From the human T2T-CHM13v2.0 reference genome, Homo sapiens: a stretch of DNA of 64,000 nucleotides. The stretch lies in the NCBI RefSeq assembly GCF_009914755.1, contig NC_060948.1. The stretch is one strand, 5' to 3'. Shown here one piece after another: positions 1 through 17,059 of the stretch; the stretch's first letter is position 1, and every line of letters begins with the position of its first letter. The position numbers and the translations under genes were made by a program. The notes under the pieces were generated by a model. That model made no database searches. It saw nothing but the letters and a program-made list of their open reading frames with translations, and was not told where the DNA came from.

Positions 1-212
1 GCCTAAGGGGATGTCACAAGACAGTAGGTCTGGAAAGAAGCAGCCAGGCAGCCAAGAATGGGAGCTGCACCCCAGGATCACAAACACCTTGGTGAATGCC
101 TGCTCTACCTGCAGTGTGGTCACTTTGGCCTCTACAGGTGGAAGTCTTCATCTGTACAAGGTGAATAATAAAAATATTATAAAACAAAGGCAGTCACAAA
201 TAGCCACATTGG

Positions 213-833
213 TGTTGAGGTGATCAAACTGAACACCAGACCATGGGGGCTACAAAGTCTGGTGGAGTCAAAGGAATGAGACAAGACAAGCTAATAGTAC
301 ATAAAGTAGGTCCAGGGGGCCAACACTAGTATAGAGGCTGTGAAGGCCGTGAACTCTGGGAGCCACACCATTTATTGGTGGTTAAACAAAGAAGCAGATG
401 ATGAGGACATGCTGGTCGAAAGGAAGCAGTCACATCAAGTGTTTAGTTTATAGCTGTGTCAGTCTAGCATTTTCTTTGAAGCATAAGGAACATGTTCTGC
501 CACTCGAGATAATGTTGAACATTTCCTTCTACCTCAAGATACAATTAATTTGTGATCCTGGGAGAGCAAGAAGCAAGGAGCCAGCAAGTCTGGACACATT
601 CCAGAGGCCACGAGGGGTTTTATGTCCTGATTCCTGGATTCCATCCAAGCCACGAGGGGTTTTATGCCCTGGGCTTAGGTTGTAGTGTGGTGGGGCAGCC
701 TTCCACCCTTAAGCACAGAACCTGGTGTTCCACAGGCCACAAGAAGTTTTAAACTCTGTAGTGAGGATATGTTCCAAGGCTCTTTTCATATTATGTCAGA
801 CTAGCAAGTCTTGCCTCAGCTTTTCTCCCAACA
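213..833 (-). mobile_element. Solo LTR, LTR14B-like (HERV-K14/HML-1)
   Basis: Minus strand runs TGTTGGGAGAAAAGCTGAGGC...GATCACCTCAACA (TG...CA termini). Perfect 5-bp TSD ATTGG at 208-212 and 834-838. AATAAA on minus at 371-376. Family recognised from remembered consensus. Confidence 0.8.
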
Positions 834-1349
834 ATTGGACTGATGAGTTGCTCTACTGGGCACAAGCATCATGGGTTCTTAAAACAAGGCCCTGGACAAG
901 CACCAAATATGTTCCTATCACCACATTCCACTAGCCCTTCAACTATAAACATGCACAGGAGTCACCTGGGGGCCTTGCTAAATAAAATGCAGCTTCTGAT
1001 TCAATAGTCTCAAACAGGATCAGAGATTCTGCCTCTCTTGTTGAGTTCCCAAGTAAGGCAGACCATGCCAGTCCACAGACTCACACTTTGAGATACAGCA
1101 CCTGGGCCATTGTGTTCTAATGTGCTTGATAACCTGGAGCACCTATTAAATATCCAAGTTGCCAGGACTTTCTTCTGGAAATCTTAATTCAGTATGTTTT
1201 GTTTGGAGCCTTGGACATTTGGGAAAATTAGAATTTCTTTCTCTCCCTTTAGACAAAAGTCAACTACTGCTGAGGCATGTGCTTAATGTTGACTAAAACA
1301 TCCAACTCAACAACCAATCCTGTATAATTTTCAAACTCTGTCAATAACT

Positions 1350-1849
1350 TGCTGGGTCTAACCTGCATAACCTGGCTGCATGACGGGTGAAGAAATGCAC
1401 TCAGACACAGGTATCCCATGAAAGAGTGGGGTAGGGGACTGGGCAGCTCCCAGACACTGAGGAGGGTGCTGTAAAGAGTCAGCAGTCACAGCCCTGTCAG
1501 GCTGGGGCTCCAGGCATTTATTCAGCACAGTTTTAATGACAAAGGTCTCAAGTAAACACCACACCTCTAGAGGGAAATTAACATTGCTGACCTCCTGAGT
1601 AGAGAGCAGTCATGCACCTGCAAATGATCAAAGGTCTGTTTTAGGACCACATGAGAAAACAAGCTATTTAGATAAACTCCTCTACATTCCTATGTATCTA
1701 CGCCCTAAGCTTTTAAGAGAATTCAGCTGCCTTCACCCAAATCTTTTACTGAAGCTATGTAAACCTGCCAGCCTTCCAAGAAGTTTTGTGTCTATTTCCT
1801 ACAACTTAATTTTTATAATTTCTCCCACCATCCTGACAGATCCCCTACA
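1350..1849 (-). mobile_element. Solo LTR, LTR22 family (HERV-K22/HML-5)
   Basis: Minus strand starts TGTAGGGGATCTGTCAGGATGGTGGGAGAAA and ends CA; ~500 bp. AATAAA on minus at 1517-1522. No TSD evident. Confidence 0.7.
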
Positions 1850-1982
1850 AAAGGCCATATTTCTTCTGAGCTTGCTCAGTCCAGCTGAGCCAGCTTTCCA
1901 CTTGACTCCTGAATGTGCGAAGGACGCAGGTTCCCAGGACCATCCAGAAGCATCTCTCATCACCTTAAAGCTCTGAAACACT

Positions 1983-2622
<640 letters not shown>

Positions 2623-2801
2623 TTAAGTTTCACTATTGCTTGTTAGTTGATTAAAGTAGTTCTGCTTCCACTTTATTTTTAAAGACACTAATTGCTACAC
2701 TGAATAAAACCTTAATGGAGTTTCATTATAAGTATCTATTATCATTTGATAATTTTCTACATAGAAGCATGCAAAAAGTTTAAAATTCAGTTTCATTTGA
2801 C

Positions 2802-2997
2802 TTAGCCTTGACTGTAATGAAGGACTCTATGAAGAGGGGACACAGTGTTTATGGGCTGGAGTCCCTGTAACTGCTTGGTGGCCGAGTCCCAGTCATTCCC
2901 CAGTTCAAGCCATGGGCAGATAGATGGGTACTGTCCTTCAGTTCTTCTTACCCATTCACTTGCTTTCTTTATTGCTTCAAAAGCCCAGGGAATATTC
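2802..2997 (-). pseudogene. PARP4 pseudo-exon: last coding exon
   Basis: Translates NIPWAFEAIKKASEWVRRTEGQYPSICPWLELGNDWDSATKQLQGLQPINTVSPLHRVLHYSQG*, the PARP4 C-terminus. TAA at 2802-2804; AATAAA downstream at 2672-2677 (minus). Confidence 0.93.
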
Positions 2998-4317
2998 TTA
3001 GATTAAAAAAAATAAATGTTTCAGATTTCAGAACATAACATGTGAAATGTAATGTGGTACTAAACCCATCACATTATATCAGACAAAATGATTCTGCCAA
3101 AAATTAAGATATTTAATAAAAGCAGTTTTCCTTGACATCTTACAGAAGTTCTTCTACTTGTCTGATGTTGAGCTTATGCACTGCATTGTCAAATGTCCTG
3201 TGCCCTCCATTCGTGGTTTCCACATGCCTCCAGGCATCCCTGCTGCCTACAGGACAGCTAAGGTTCCAGCCTCTCTATAGTTGTTTATGGTTGTCCCCTT
3301 GCCACTCTTCTCAGTTTAAATCCTATCCATTCTTCACGCACAAACTCAAGTAGTATTTCACAAACGAGACTTCTGTTTCTCTCTCCTTCCTACTGTACTG
3401 ACTTGATTAGGTACCTTCAGAATATCTGACAGTCCCCCATGAAACTGGCATATGTTCAGCTGTGTCTCATAAGCCAGGAAAAACTTGGTAGACTAAGCAT
3501 ATCGAGTCAAGTCTGTGTCCACTAAATGTTGTCAAATATTTGAGACTGTTGAATATTCAAGTCTATTCAACACTCAGAAAAATTCTGGGGTTGTTCATTA
3601 ATATTAATTAGCTACTTCCTCATTTGTTCTGTCATCTGCTAGAACTTGTCAGTGAACAAGTGGCAACATACACCAGAGTTCTTCAGAAAATTCTATGGGG
3701 AAACTTAATATTTTGAAAATTCTCTCCCTGTTCCTGATTTTTCCCTGTGAACTGGGAAAGGGCTATCAGTATAGCATGATGGTGAAGAGCTGGGTTTGAT
3801 CCTGACTCTGCAATCACATGATATTGGCCATGTGATACTGTGTGGCTTTCATTCAACACTGGGAATCTCAGTTTCCTCAATTATGAGAATAACATGAGGT
3901 CTTATGGGTTTGTGGTGGAAATCAACAAAGCTTATAAATTTAATGTGCTTACTAATCCGTGGTACACAGTAGGCACTCAATAAATGTTTGGTGAATGTCA
4001 TGATAGAATGAACATACTAAATAAGAAGCATGTCCAAAGTGTTTAAAAGACCGACATTTCCTGGTAAATGTTCGTCTACTGACTGTTACTGACTGCTGAA
4101 AACAACAAAACTGGCTTTGAATATTTTCACTAATTCAGCTGGCCTCCTTTAGTCCAGTGGCCTCTACACTTTTTGGTTCACATTCCACTAGTAAGAAAAT
4201 CTTGTGCCTACACCTCCAGGTAATGTACTCCTGCATCAATATTACGTACATCCCAAAATAGAAAATACAGAAAAAAGTTTCAAACATGCAATAAACAGGA
4301 AATAAAAAATATTTAAT

Positions 4318-4462
4318 TTTTTTTTTTTTTGACACGGAATCTCACTTTGTTTCCAGGCTGGAGTGCTGTAGCACAATCTCAGCTCACTGCAACCTTGTGA
4401 TCCCCCCGCCTCAGCCTTCAAAAGTGCTGGGATTATAGGCGTGAGCCACCACGCCTGGCCTA
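4318..4462 (-). mobile_element. Internally deleted Alu
   Basis: Poly-T and right-arm end joined directly to the left-arm start. Confidence 0.8.
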
Positions 4463-4803
4463 ACATCGTATTGTCTTACGTACTCAAGTGCCAGCAAACC
4501 ATTTTGCTAGCACCATAGTAATAATGTAGTAAGAGCTATATGCTTGAATATACTTGATCAATTTTGAAAATCTTGCTTTAATGCTTTGTGGTATTACAGT
4601 TCAAAAACAGGTTCAAAGATTATACTTGTTCTAACAGCTATAATATTACTAATCAGGAATAATATAAATAGAATAAATACCTCTTTGGATGTGCCTATTA
4701 AGTCAAATACTAATTTTTTAGTCCCATCTCCTAGCTGTTCAAAGTGTTTTTTCTTTGATATTTATTTAATTAATTCTCTTGGCAAGTGGCACTGGTTTAT
4801 TTT

Positions 4804-5088
4804 CACTTGAGGCCAGGAGTTTGAGATCAGCCTGGCCACCATGGCGAAACATCGTCTCTACTAAAAATACAAAAATTAGCTGGGCACAGTGGTGTGCACC
4901 TGTAATCCCAGCTACTCGGAAGGCTGAGGCACGAGAATTGCTGGTCTTAAACTCCTGGACTTGGTCTTGCTGGGCTGAAGTGATCAACCTGGGAGGCAGA
5001 GGTTGCAGTGAGCTGAGATCATGCCACTGCGCTCCAGCCTGGGCAACAGAAGGAGACCCTGCCTCAATAAATAAATAAATAAATAAAT
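4804..5088 (+). mobile_element. 5'-truncated AluS with an internal ~43-nt insertion
   Basis: Alu body with (AAAT)n tail; extra sequence at 4943-4985. Confidence 0.85.
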
Positions 5089-5211
5089 CCAAAAAGAAAA
5101 CTCCCTAAATAGAAAAAAGAATAAATTCTCATCTTTCTTGGCAAACTAATGAGAAGGTATTGCTTTTTAAAAAACAGAAGTATAAATTACATATAGTAAA
5201 TTATGATTCTC

Positions 5212-5670
5212 CTTTTTTTTTTTTCAGACAGCATCTTTCTTTGTTGCCCCAGCTGGAATGCAGTGGCACAATCACAACTCACTGCAGCTTCGGCCTCCTG
5301 GGCTCAAGCAATACCCCCCCCGCCCAACTCAGCTTCCTGAGTAGTCACACACTACCACACTCGGGTAATTTTTACATTTTTTTGTAGACACAGGGTCTTG
5401 CTATGTGGTCAAGGCTGGTCTTTGAACTCCTGGAAGCAAGCAAGCCTCCTGCCTTGGCCTCCCAAAGTGCTGGGATTCCAGGTGTGAGCCACTGTGCCCA
5501 GCAATGCCTGGGTAATTAAAAAAGTTTTTTTGTAGAGACGGGGGTCTCATTGGTTACTTAGGCTGACCTTAAACTCCTGGGCTTGATCTTGCTGGGCTCA
5601 AGTGCTCCTCCTGTCTCAGCCTCCCAAAGTGCGTGGATTACAGGCATGAGCCAATGTGCCTAGCCCAGGA
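5212..5670 (-). mobile_element. AluJ plus adjacent Alu left-arm fragment
   Basis: Poly-T head, Alu reverse complement to ~5502, then a second monomer to ~5670. Confidence 0.85.
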
Positions 5671-5737
5671 CTTCCTGAACACCTGTTTTGTGTTCAAGAA
5701 CTTTTTCTTAGTCATTACACTTAAAAAATATTTATCA

Positions 5738-6048
<311 letters not shown>

Positions 6049-6546
6049 TTAAATATCAAAAAATATCCAGGTAGTGTTTAATTTTCCCTGTCTCGTTTTT
6101 TTAAATGCAGTGGGTTTTGTTCAAACCAGGATCTAAACAAGGTCTACCCTTGCTTTTGGTTGACATGTCTCTAAAGGATTATTTATAGGTTCTGCTCCTC
6201 AACCTTTTTTTTATCTTGCCATTTATTTCCCCACATTCCAGACTTTGCTGACTGCATTTGCATGGAGTCACATAACATGTTCCTCTATTCTCTGATCTAA
6301 TTCAAGTTTAGAAATCAAGGGGTTTCATTTAACTTATTTGATTTTATACATATTAGTTTCTATCAATATTAGTATCTACCTTCCAAAATAACAAATCAAA
6401 AGTGTTATTAACACCATGGCTACTCCCAGTGAGATTTCTTTGTAATATTTTTTAATCCTTAGGCACTATCCCACTAGGGGATTTGACATAATTTGATACA
6501 GTCAAATTATTAACTATGTTTTAAAGTCATCTTAAATTAATTTCCA

Positions 6547-6861
<315 letters not shown>

Positions 6862-7037
6862 TTATTACATAAAATATTTACATAGTCCCAAAGTCAAAAC
6901 TGCAAAACGAAGCACACTAGGAGAAACCTAGCTTCCATCCTTGTCCTCTCTACCAAACCTCCCTTGCAACGGTATTTTTATTAGTTTGATTAGTTTTCCC
7001 CTTATCTTGCCTTTAAAAGAACATAAGCCAATTACAT

Positions 7038-7978
7038 TGTATGTATATGTGTATATGTGTATGTATGTGTATATGTGTATGTATATATTTATATATATGT
7101 GTATGTATGTATGTACATATGTGTATGTATGTGCATATTTGTATGTATATGTATACATGTGTATATGTGTATGTATGTACATATGTGTATGTATGTGCAT
7201 ATTTGTATGTATATGTATACATGTGTATATGTATGTATGTGCATATGTGTATGTGTATGTGTATGTATGTATATGTGTATGTATGTGCATATTTGTATGT
7301 ATATGTGTATATTTGTATGTATATAATTATATATACATGTGTATATGTGTATGTATGTGCATATGTGTATGTATATGTGTATATGTGTGTGTGCATATGT
7401 GTATGTATATACGTATATATACAGGTGTATGTGTGTATGTATGTGCATATGTGTATGTATATATTTATATATATACATGTGTATGTGTGTATGTATGTGC
7501 ATATGTGTATGTATATGTGTATGTATGTGCATATTTGTATGTATATAATTATACATGTGTATATGTGTATGTATGTGCATATGTGTATGTATATGTGTGT
7601 ATGTGTAGGTATGTGCATATATGTATGTATATGTGTATGCATGTGCATATTTGTATGTGTATTGTATATTTGTATGTGTATAATTATATATACATGTGTA
7701 TAGGTGTATGTATGTGCATATGTGTATGTATATGTGTATATGTGTATGTGTGTGCATATGCATATGTATATACTTATATATACAGTGTATGTGTGTATGT
7801 ATGTGCATATGTGTATGTATATATTTATATATACATGTGTAAGTGTGTATGTGCATATGTGTATGTATATACTTATATATATACATGTGTTTATGTGTAT
7901 GCATGTGCATATGTGTATGTATATGTGTATATGTGTATGTATGTGCATATGTGTATGTGTATACATATATATGTATGT
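7038..7978. repeat. Complex (TATG/TACA)n alternating purine-pyrimidine tandem repeat, ~940 bp
   Basis: Directly visible. Recurring unit such as TGTGCATATGTGTATGTATA, with a larger internal duplication of ~360 bp. Confidence 0.97.
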
Positions 7979-8841
7979 CAGAGGGATCATACTCTGGTCA
8001 TGCCCCTCTTGCCATGGGGTAGAGGGTCTGTATGGACCAGAGAATGTGCCCACCCTGGAGCCCACATCCTCCTTTTTAGACCTGCAACTCCAGCGTTCCT
8101 GACCACATGGCCCTGAGTCCACTTCCAGGGTCTTCCCTGGTCTGTCATCCTGAGTTTGAACAGTGCTGCCATCTCACTGGTGCTGCAAGGTGGCTGGGGT
8201 GAGGGGGCAATCGCATGGGGTCTGGACGGCATTTTGATGGGTGGGGTGGGGTATTCATGTGTGCTGGCAAGGCCTCTTAGGGTGCTAAGGGTCAGCCAAG
8301 GGCTGAATTTGAACCTGGTCTTCCAGGTGGTTATAAAGTTGTATTTGCCAAGGGAGGAGATTAGGACACACTTCTTAATCTAATAGTTTGCTAGATTGAT
8401 TTATAACTTTTTAAATACTTGTATTTTACAAACTATAAAGTTATAAACTTTAAATACTTGTATTGTATTCTTGTCCCAGGCCCTGCCATTGTTGGGAAAA
8501 GGGCGGGGCACAACAGTCACATTATGGGTTTTCTGGAGGCACCCAGGATCAGCACACTGCAGTGAAGAGTACCATATCCAGAGCCAGAAGGGCCGGGGTC
8601 CAGGGGAGCTACACTGAAACTCTTTGAGCCCATTTCCTTTGCAGCCTAAGGCACAAATACCACATCAGCCCTGCCCACCACAGGAGACTTGGGCAAGCTG
8701 TCACCTGAAAAAAATTACCTTCCTACATACTTATAAAGTAGTCTACACATGTAAGATAATTCCCTATAGCTTGTTTGTAAGGTTTATTAAATAAATAGTT
8801 GAAAATATAAATAAGTTGCATAATACTATAGTTAAAGCCAC

Positions 8842-8973
8842 CTGGAAATAGAAGCATATTCCAGTTCCATCAGTGATTTGAACACTATTCCCTTTTTTTC
8901 CAACCTGGTGCAAATAAACTGTAATATTGCTTTGTGGCAATTAGGTCCAGGAGATGTTCTCTTCTTTTTATAC
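8842..8973 (-). pseudogene. PARP4 pseudo-exon: penultimate exon
   Basis: cctttag| acceptor and |gtggc donor. Encodes IKRREHLLDLIAT...LQFICTRLEKKGIVFKSLME with an apparent 1-nt frameshift. Confidence 0.9.
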
Positions 8974-9509
8974 CTAAAGGGGAAAAAACTGCGTTAAGTC
9001 TGTTGGAAACTCTGCATCTCAAACTGCCTTCTTATAAAATTCCCATTAAAGAATTATAATACAGCTAAATCACAGGACATGAGCAGATGGTGAAACTCTC
9101 TAATACTCTTCAAGGCCCTTAATTAGCTTGCTATTTAAATAAATGAGGATGGTTGGAACCGTGTCCCTATCATAGTATCCTGATGATTGTCAGGAAACTG
9201 ACCTGTATCCAGAGGGCCCCTCGCTTGCCATCTTCAATAACCAGAGAGGTATGAAGTTCAATGAAAGAAATCCAGTTTTTAGGCTCTTGTTACAAATAGC
9301 TTAGAAAGGTAAACCTAAATATTCAACAGACAAACAAGAGTTATGACCAGTTACACTGGTGTATCAAGTTATTTCTAGTGGTTAGTACCTACAGGTATCC
9401 TAATCAAGATCTTTTACTATATTATGAAATATCAAAATTGAAAAATGAATGTTTACATATGTTGAACTCAGAATTAACAACCATTTTTATTTTAAAAAGG
9501 CAAGCTTCA

Positions 9510-9680
9510 TTTTTTTTTTTTTTTTTTTTTTTTTTTTGAGAGAGAGGGGCTCACTCTGTCACGTTGGAGTGCAGTGGGTGTGATCAGAGCTTACTGTAGC
9601 CTCCAACTCCTGGACTCAAGTGATCCTCCTACTTTGGCCTCACAAAGTGCTGAGATTATAGGCATGAGCCACAGCATACA
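9510..9680 (-). mobile_element. Alu fragment with long poly-T
   Basis: ~28 T followed by a deleted Alu reverse complement. Confidence 0.8.
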
Positions 9681-10758
9681 GACAAAAAGTGGTTTTAGGG
9701 AAGGAAAAAAAACCTTTGTCTTATAATTAAGAATATACGGGGGGAGGAGGCAAGATGGCCAAATAGGAAAAGCTCCAGTCTACAGCTCCCAGCGTAAGCA
9801 ATACAGAAGATGGGTGATTTCTGCATTTCCATCTGAGGTACCAGGTTCATCTCCCTAGGGAGTGCCAGACAGTGGGTGCAGGACAGTGGGTGCATGAGCC
9901 AAAGCAGGGTGAGGCATTGCCTCACTCTGGAATTGCAAGGGGTCAGGGAAAGGGCTGGTCAAGTACTGGTGAAGGAAAGGGCTGACAGAAGGCACCTGGA
10001 AAATCGGGTCACTCCCACGCAAATACTTTGCTTTTCCGATGGGCTTAGGAAACGGAGCACCAGGAGGTTATATCCGGCACCTGGCTTGGAGGGTCCTATG
10101 CCCACGGAGTCTCACTGATTGCTAGCATAGCAGTCTGAGATCAAACTGTATGGTGGCTGCAAGGCCGGGGGAGGGGCCAGGCTCACTTAGGTAAACAAAG
10201 CAGCCGGGAAGCTCGAACTGGGTGGAGCCCACCACAGCTCAAGGAGGCCTGCCTGCCTGCCTCTGTAGGCTTCACCTCTGGGGGCAGGGCACAGACAAAC
10301 AAAAGACAGCAGTAACCTCTGCAGACATAAATGTCTCTTTCTGACAGCTTTGAAGAGAGCGGTGGTTCTCCCAGCACGCAGCTGGAGATCTGAGAATGGG
10401 CAGACTGCCTACTCATGTGGGTCACTGACCCCTGACCCCCGAGTAGTCTAACTGGGAAGCACCCCCCAGTAGGAGCAGAATGACACCTCAAATGGCTGTG
10501 TACTCCTCTGAGACAAAATTTCCAGAGGAATGATCAGACAGCAGCATTTGCAGTTCATGAAAATCCGTGGTTCTGCAGACACCGCTGCTGATACCAGGAA
10601 TACAGGGTCTGGAGTGGACTTCTAGCAAACTCCAACAGACCTGCAGCTGAGGGTTCTGTCTGTCAGAAGGAAAACTAACAAACAGAATGGACATCCACAA
10701 CAAAATCCCATCTGTACGTCACCATCATGAAAGACCAAAAGTAGTTAAAACCACAAAG

Positions 10759-11774
10759 ATGGGGAAAAAACAGAGCAGAAAAACTGGAAACTCTAAAAAG
10801 TAGAGGGCCTCTCCTCCTCCAAAGGAACACAGTTCCTCACCAGCAATGGAACAAAGCTGCACGGAGAATGACTTTGAGGAGATGAGAAAAGAAGTCTTCA
10901 GACGGTCAAACTACTTCTAGTTACAGGAGGAAATTCAAACCAAAGGTGAAGAAGATGAAAACTTTGAAAAAATTTTAGACGAATGTGTAACTAGAATAAC
11001 CAATACAGAGAAGTGCTTAAAGGAGCTGATGGAGCTAAAAGCCAAGGCTCAAGAACTACGTGAAGAATGCAGAAGCCTCAGGAGCCAATGCGATCAACTG
11101 GAAGAAAGGGTATCAGTAATGGAAGATGAAATGAATGAAATGAAGCGAGAAGGGAAGTTTAGAGAAAAAAGAATAAAAAGAAACGAACAAAGCCTCCAAG
11201 TAATATGGGACTATGTGAAAAACCAAATCTGCGTCTGATTGGTGTAACTGAAAGTGATGGGGAGAATGGAACCAAGTTGGAAAACACTCTGCAGGATATT
11301 TTCCAGGAGAACTTCCCCAATCTAGCAAGGCAGGCCAACATTCAGATTCATGAAATACAGAGAACACCACAAAGATACTCCTCGAGAAGAGCAACTCCAA
11401 GACACATAATTGTCAGATTCACCAAAGTTGAAATGAAGGAAAAAATGTTAAGGGCAGCCAGAGAGAAAGGTCGGGTTACCCACAAAGGGAAGCCCATCAG
11501 ACTAACAGCAGATCTCTTGGAAGAAACTCTACAAGCCAGAAGAGAGTGGGGACCAATATTCAACATTCTTAAAGAAAAGAATTTTCAACTCAGAATTTCA
11601 TATCCAGCCAAACTAAGCTTCATAGGTGAAGGAAAAATAAAATACTTTACAGACAAGCAAATGCTGAGAGATTTTGTCACCACCAGGCCTGCCCTAAAAG
11701 AGCTCCTGAAGGAAGCACTAAACATGGAAAGGAACAACCAGTACCAGCCACTGCAAAATCATGCCAAAATGTAA
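10759..11774 (+). pseudogene. L1 ORF1p relic, disrupted
   Basis: ATGGGGAAAAAACAG start, early TAG at 10801, frameshift near 11220; C-terminal part ...YQPLQNHAKM* is in the ORF track. Confidence 0.93.
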
Positions 11775-11837
11775 AGACCGTCGAGATTAGGAAGAAACTG
11801 CATCAACTAATGAGCAAAATAACCAGCTAACATCATA

Positions 11838-15643
<3,806 letters not shown>

Positions 15644-16779
15644 ACAATGAGAACACATGGACACAGGAAGGGGAACATCACACTCTGGGGACTGTTGTGG
15701 GGTGGGAGCAGGGGGGAGGGATAGCATTAGGATATATACCTAATGCTAAATGACGAGTTAATGGTTCAGCACACCAGCATGGCACATGTATACATATATA
15801 ACTAACCTGCACATTGTGCACATGTACCCTAAAACTTAAAGTATAATAAAAAATGTAAAAAAAAAAAAGAATATACAATTACCTTTTTTGAGTAAAGACA
15901 AAAGGACCTGGCAGAGTATGCACATATCTGCATATACACCATTAATTTTACATCACTGAGGTAGCCAAAACTGCTCATAAGAGGGCTTTTATTAAATAAT
16001 ATAGTGTTCTTAATGGAGGAAAAAGAACTTAATAAATTTTTAAAAACAAAATAAGAAACTAATCCATTGTCCCACAAAAGAAAATCAATGGAGACAAAAG
16101 CAGTTTAATTTGCTGAATTCTTTTGTGGCTTATTTTTGGGGTATTATTTACAAAACGTTAGACTGATTTTTAAGCAATATTAATAATAGCAGCATACAAC
16201 TCCAAGACTAATATAATAAATAATAAACTGATGAAGTGCCTAATGTGTATCAGTGTTATTTAAAAAACAAATGCAGAAGGAGAAGGGATGATAAAAGAGA
16301 AATGAAGAAGAGGATAAAAGACAAAGTTGGGTACAGAGATAAAAAAACTAGTCAGAGAAAAAAATCAGACAGCTTGAGACTCTACGTAGAGGAAGAAAGA
16401 CAGAAAAGCACACACTTACAGAAAAATAACATGGATAATAGGGAGCAATACAGTGAAGCACAGGAAAAGCCCGTGGAAAAGGTACATTCATGAAATCTGA
16501 TCCCCTTGCATCTGTGACTCAATTTTCTCCAGTTTTCCTCTTGTTTCTCAGGCTGCTTCTTCTCTGCGTCTTTGATGTTTCTTGTCCAGTCTGAACACTA
16601 AACCCTGCTGTGCAGCAGACTGGTCCTAGCACCTGCTCTGCTCAGACCACCTTCTTTCTTTGGGTGACCTCATCCTGAGCCAGGCTTTAAATACTACTGA
16701 CATTGAGAATTCTTCCAGGCTTTTCCAATTCTGACCTCTTCCCTGAGCTCTAGCCTCACATGACAATATATTTATCTTG

Positions 16780-17059
16780 AATTTTTATCTCACTCTGTCA
16801 CCTAGGCTGGAGTGCAGTGGCACAATCATGGCTCAGTGCAGCCACAACATCCCAGGGCTCAGGTGATTATCCCACCTCAGCCTCCCAAGTAGCTGGGACC
16901 ATAGGTGCATGTCACCATGCCTGGCTAATTTTTATATTTTTATAGAGATGGGGTTTCACCATGTTGGCCAGGCTGGTCTTGAAATCCTGATATAAAGTGA
17001 TCTGCCCCCTTTGGCCTCCCACAGTGCAGGCATTACAGGTGTGAACCACTGTTCCCAGT
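16780..17059 (-). mobile_element. AluJ-like
   Basis: Alu reverse complement. Confidence 0.87.

Noticed and set aside
6928-8122. Overlapping 200-390 aa ORFs on both strands
   Set aside because: They come from the TATG/TACA repeat and give low-complexity YVCM/HTYI peptides.
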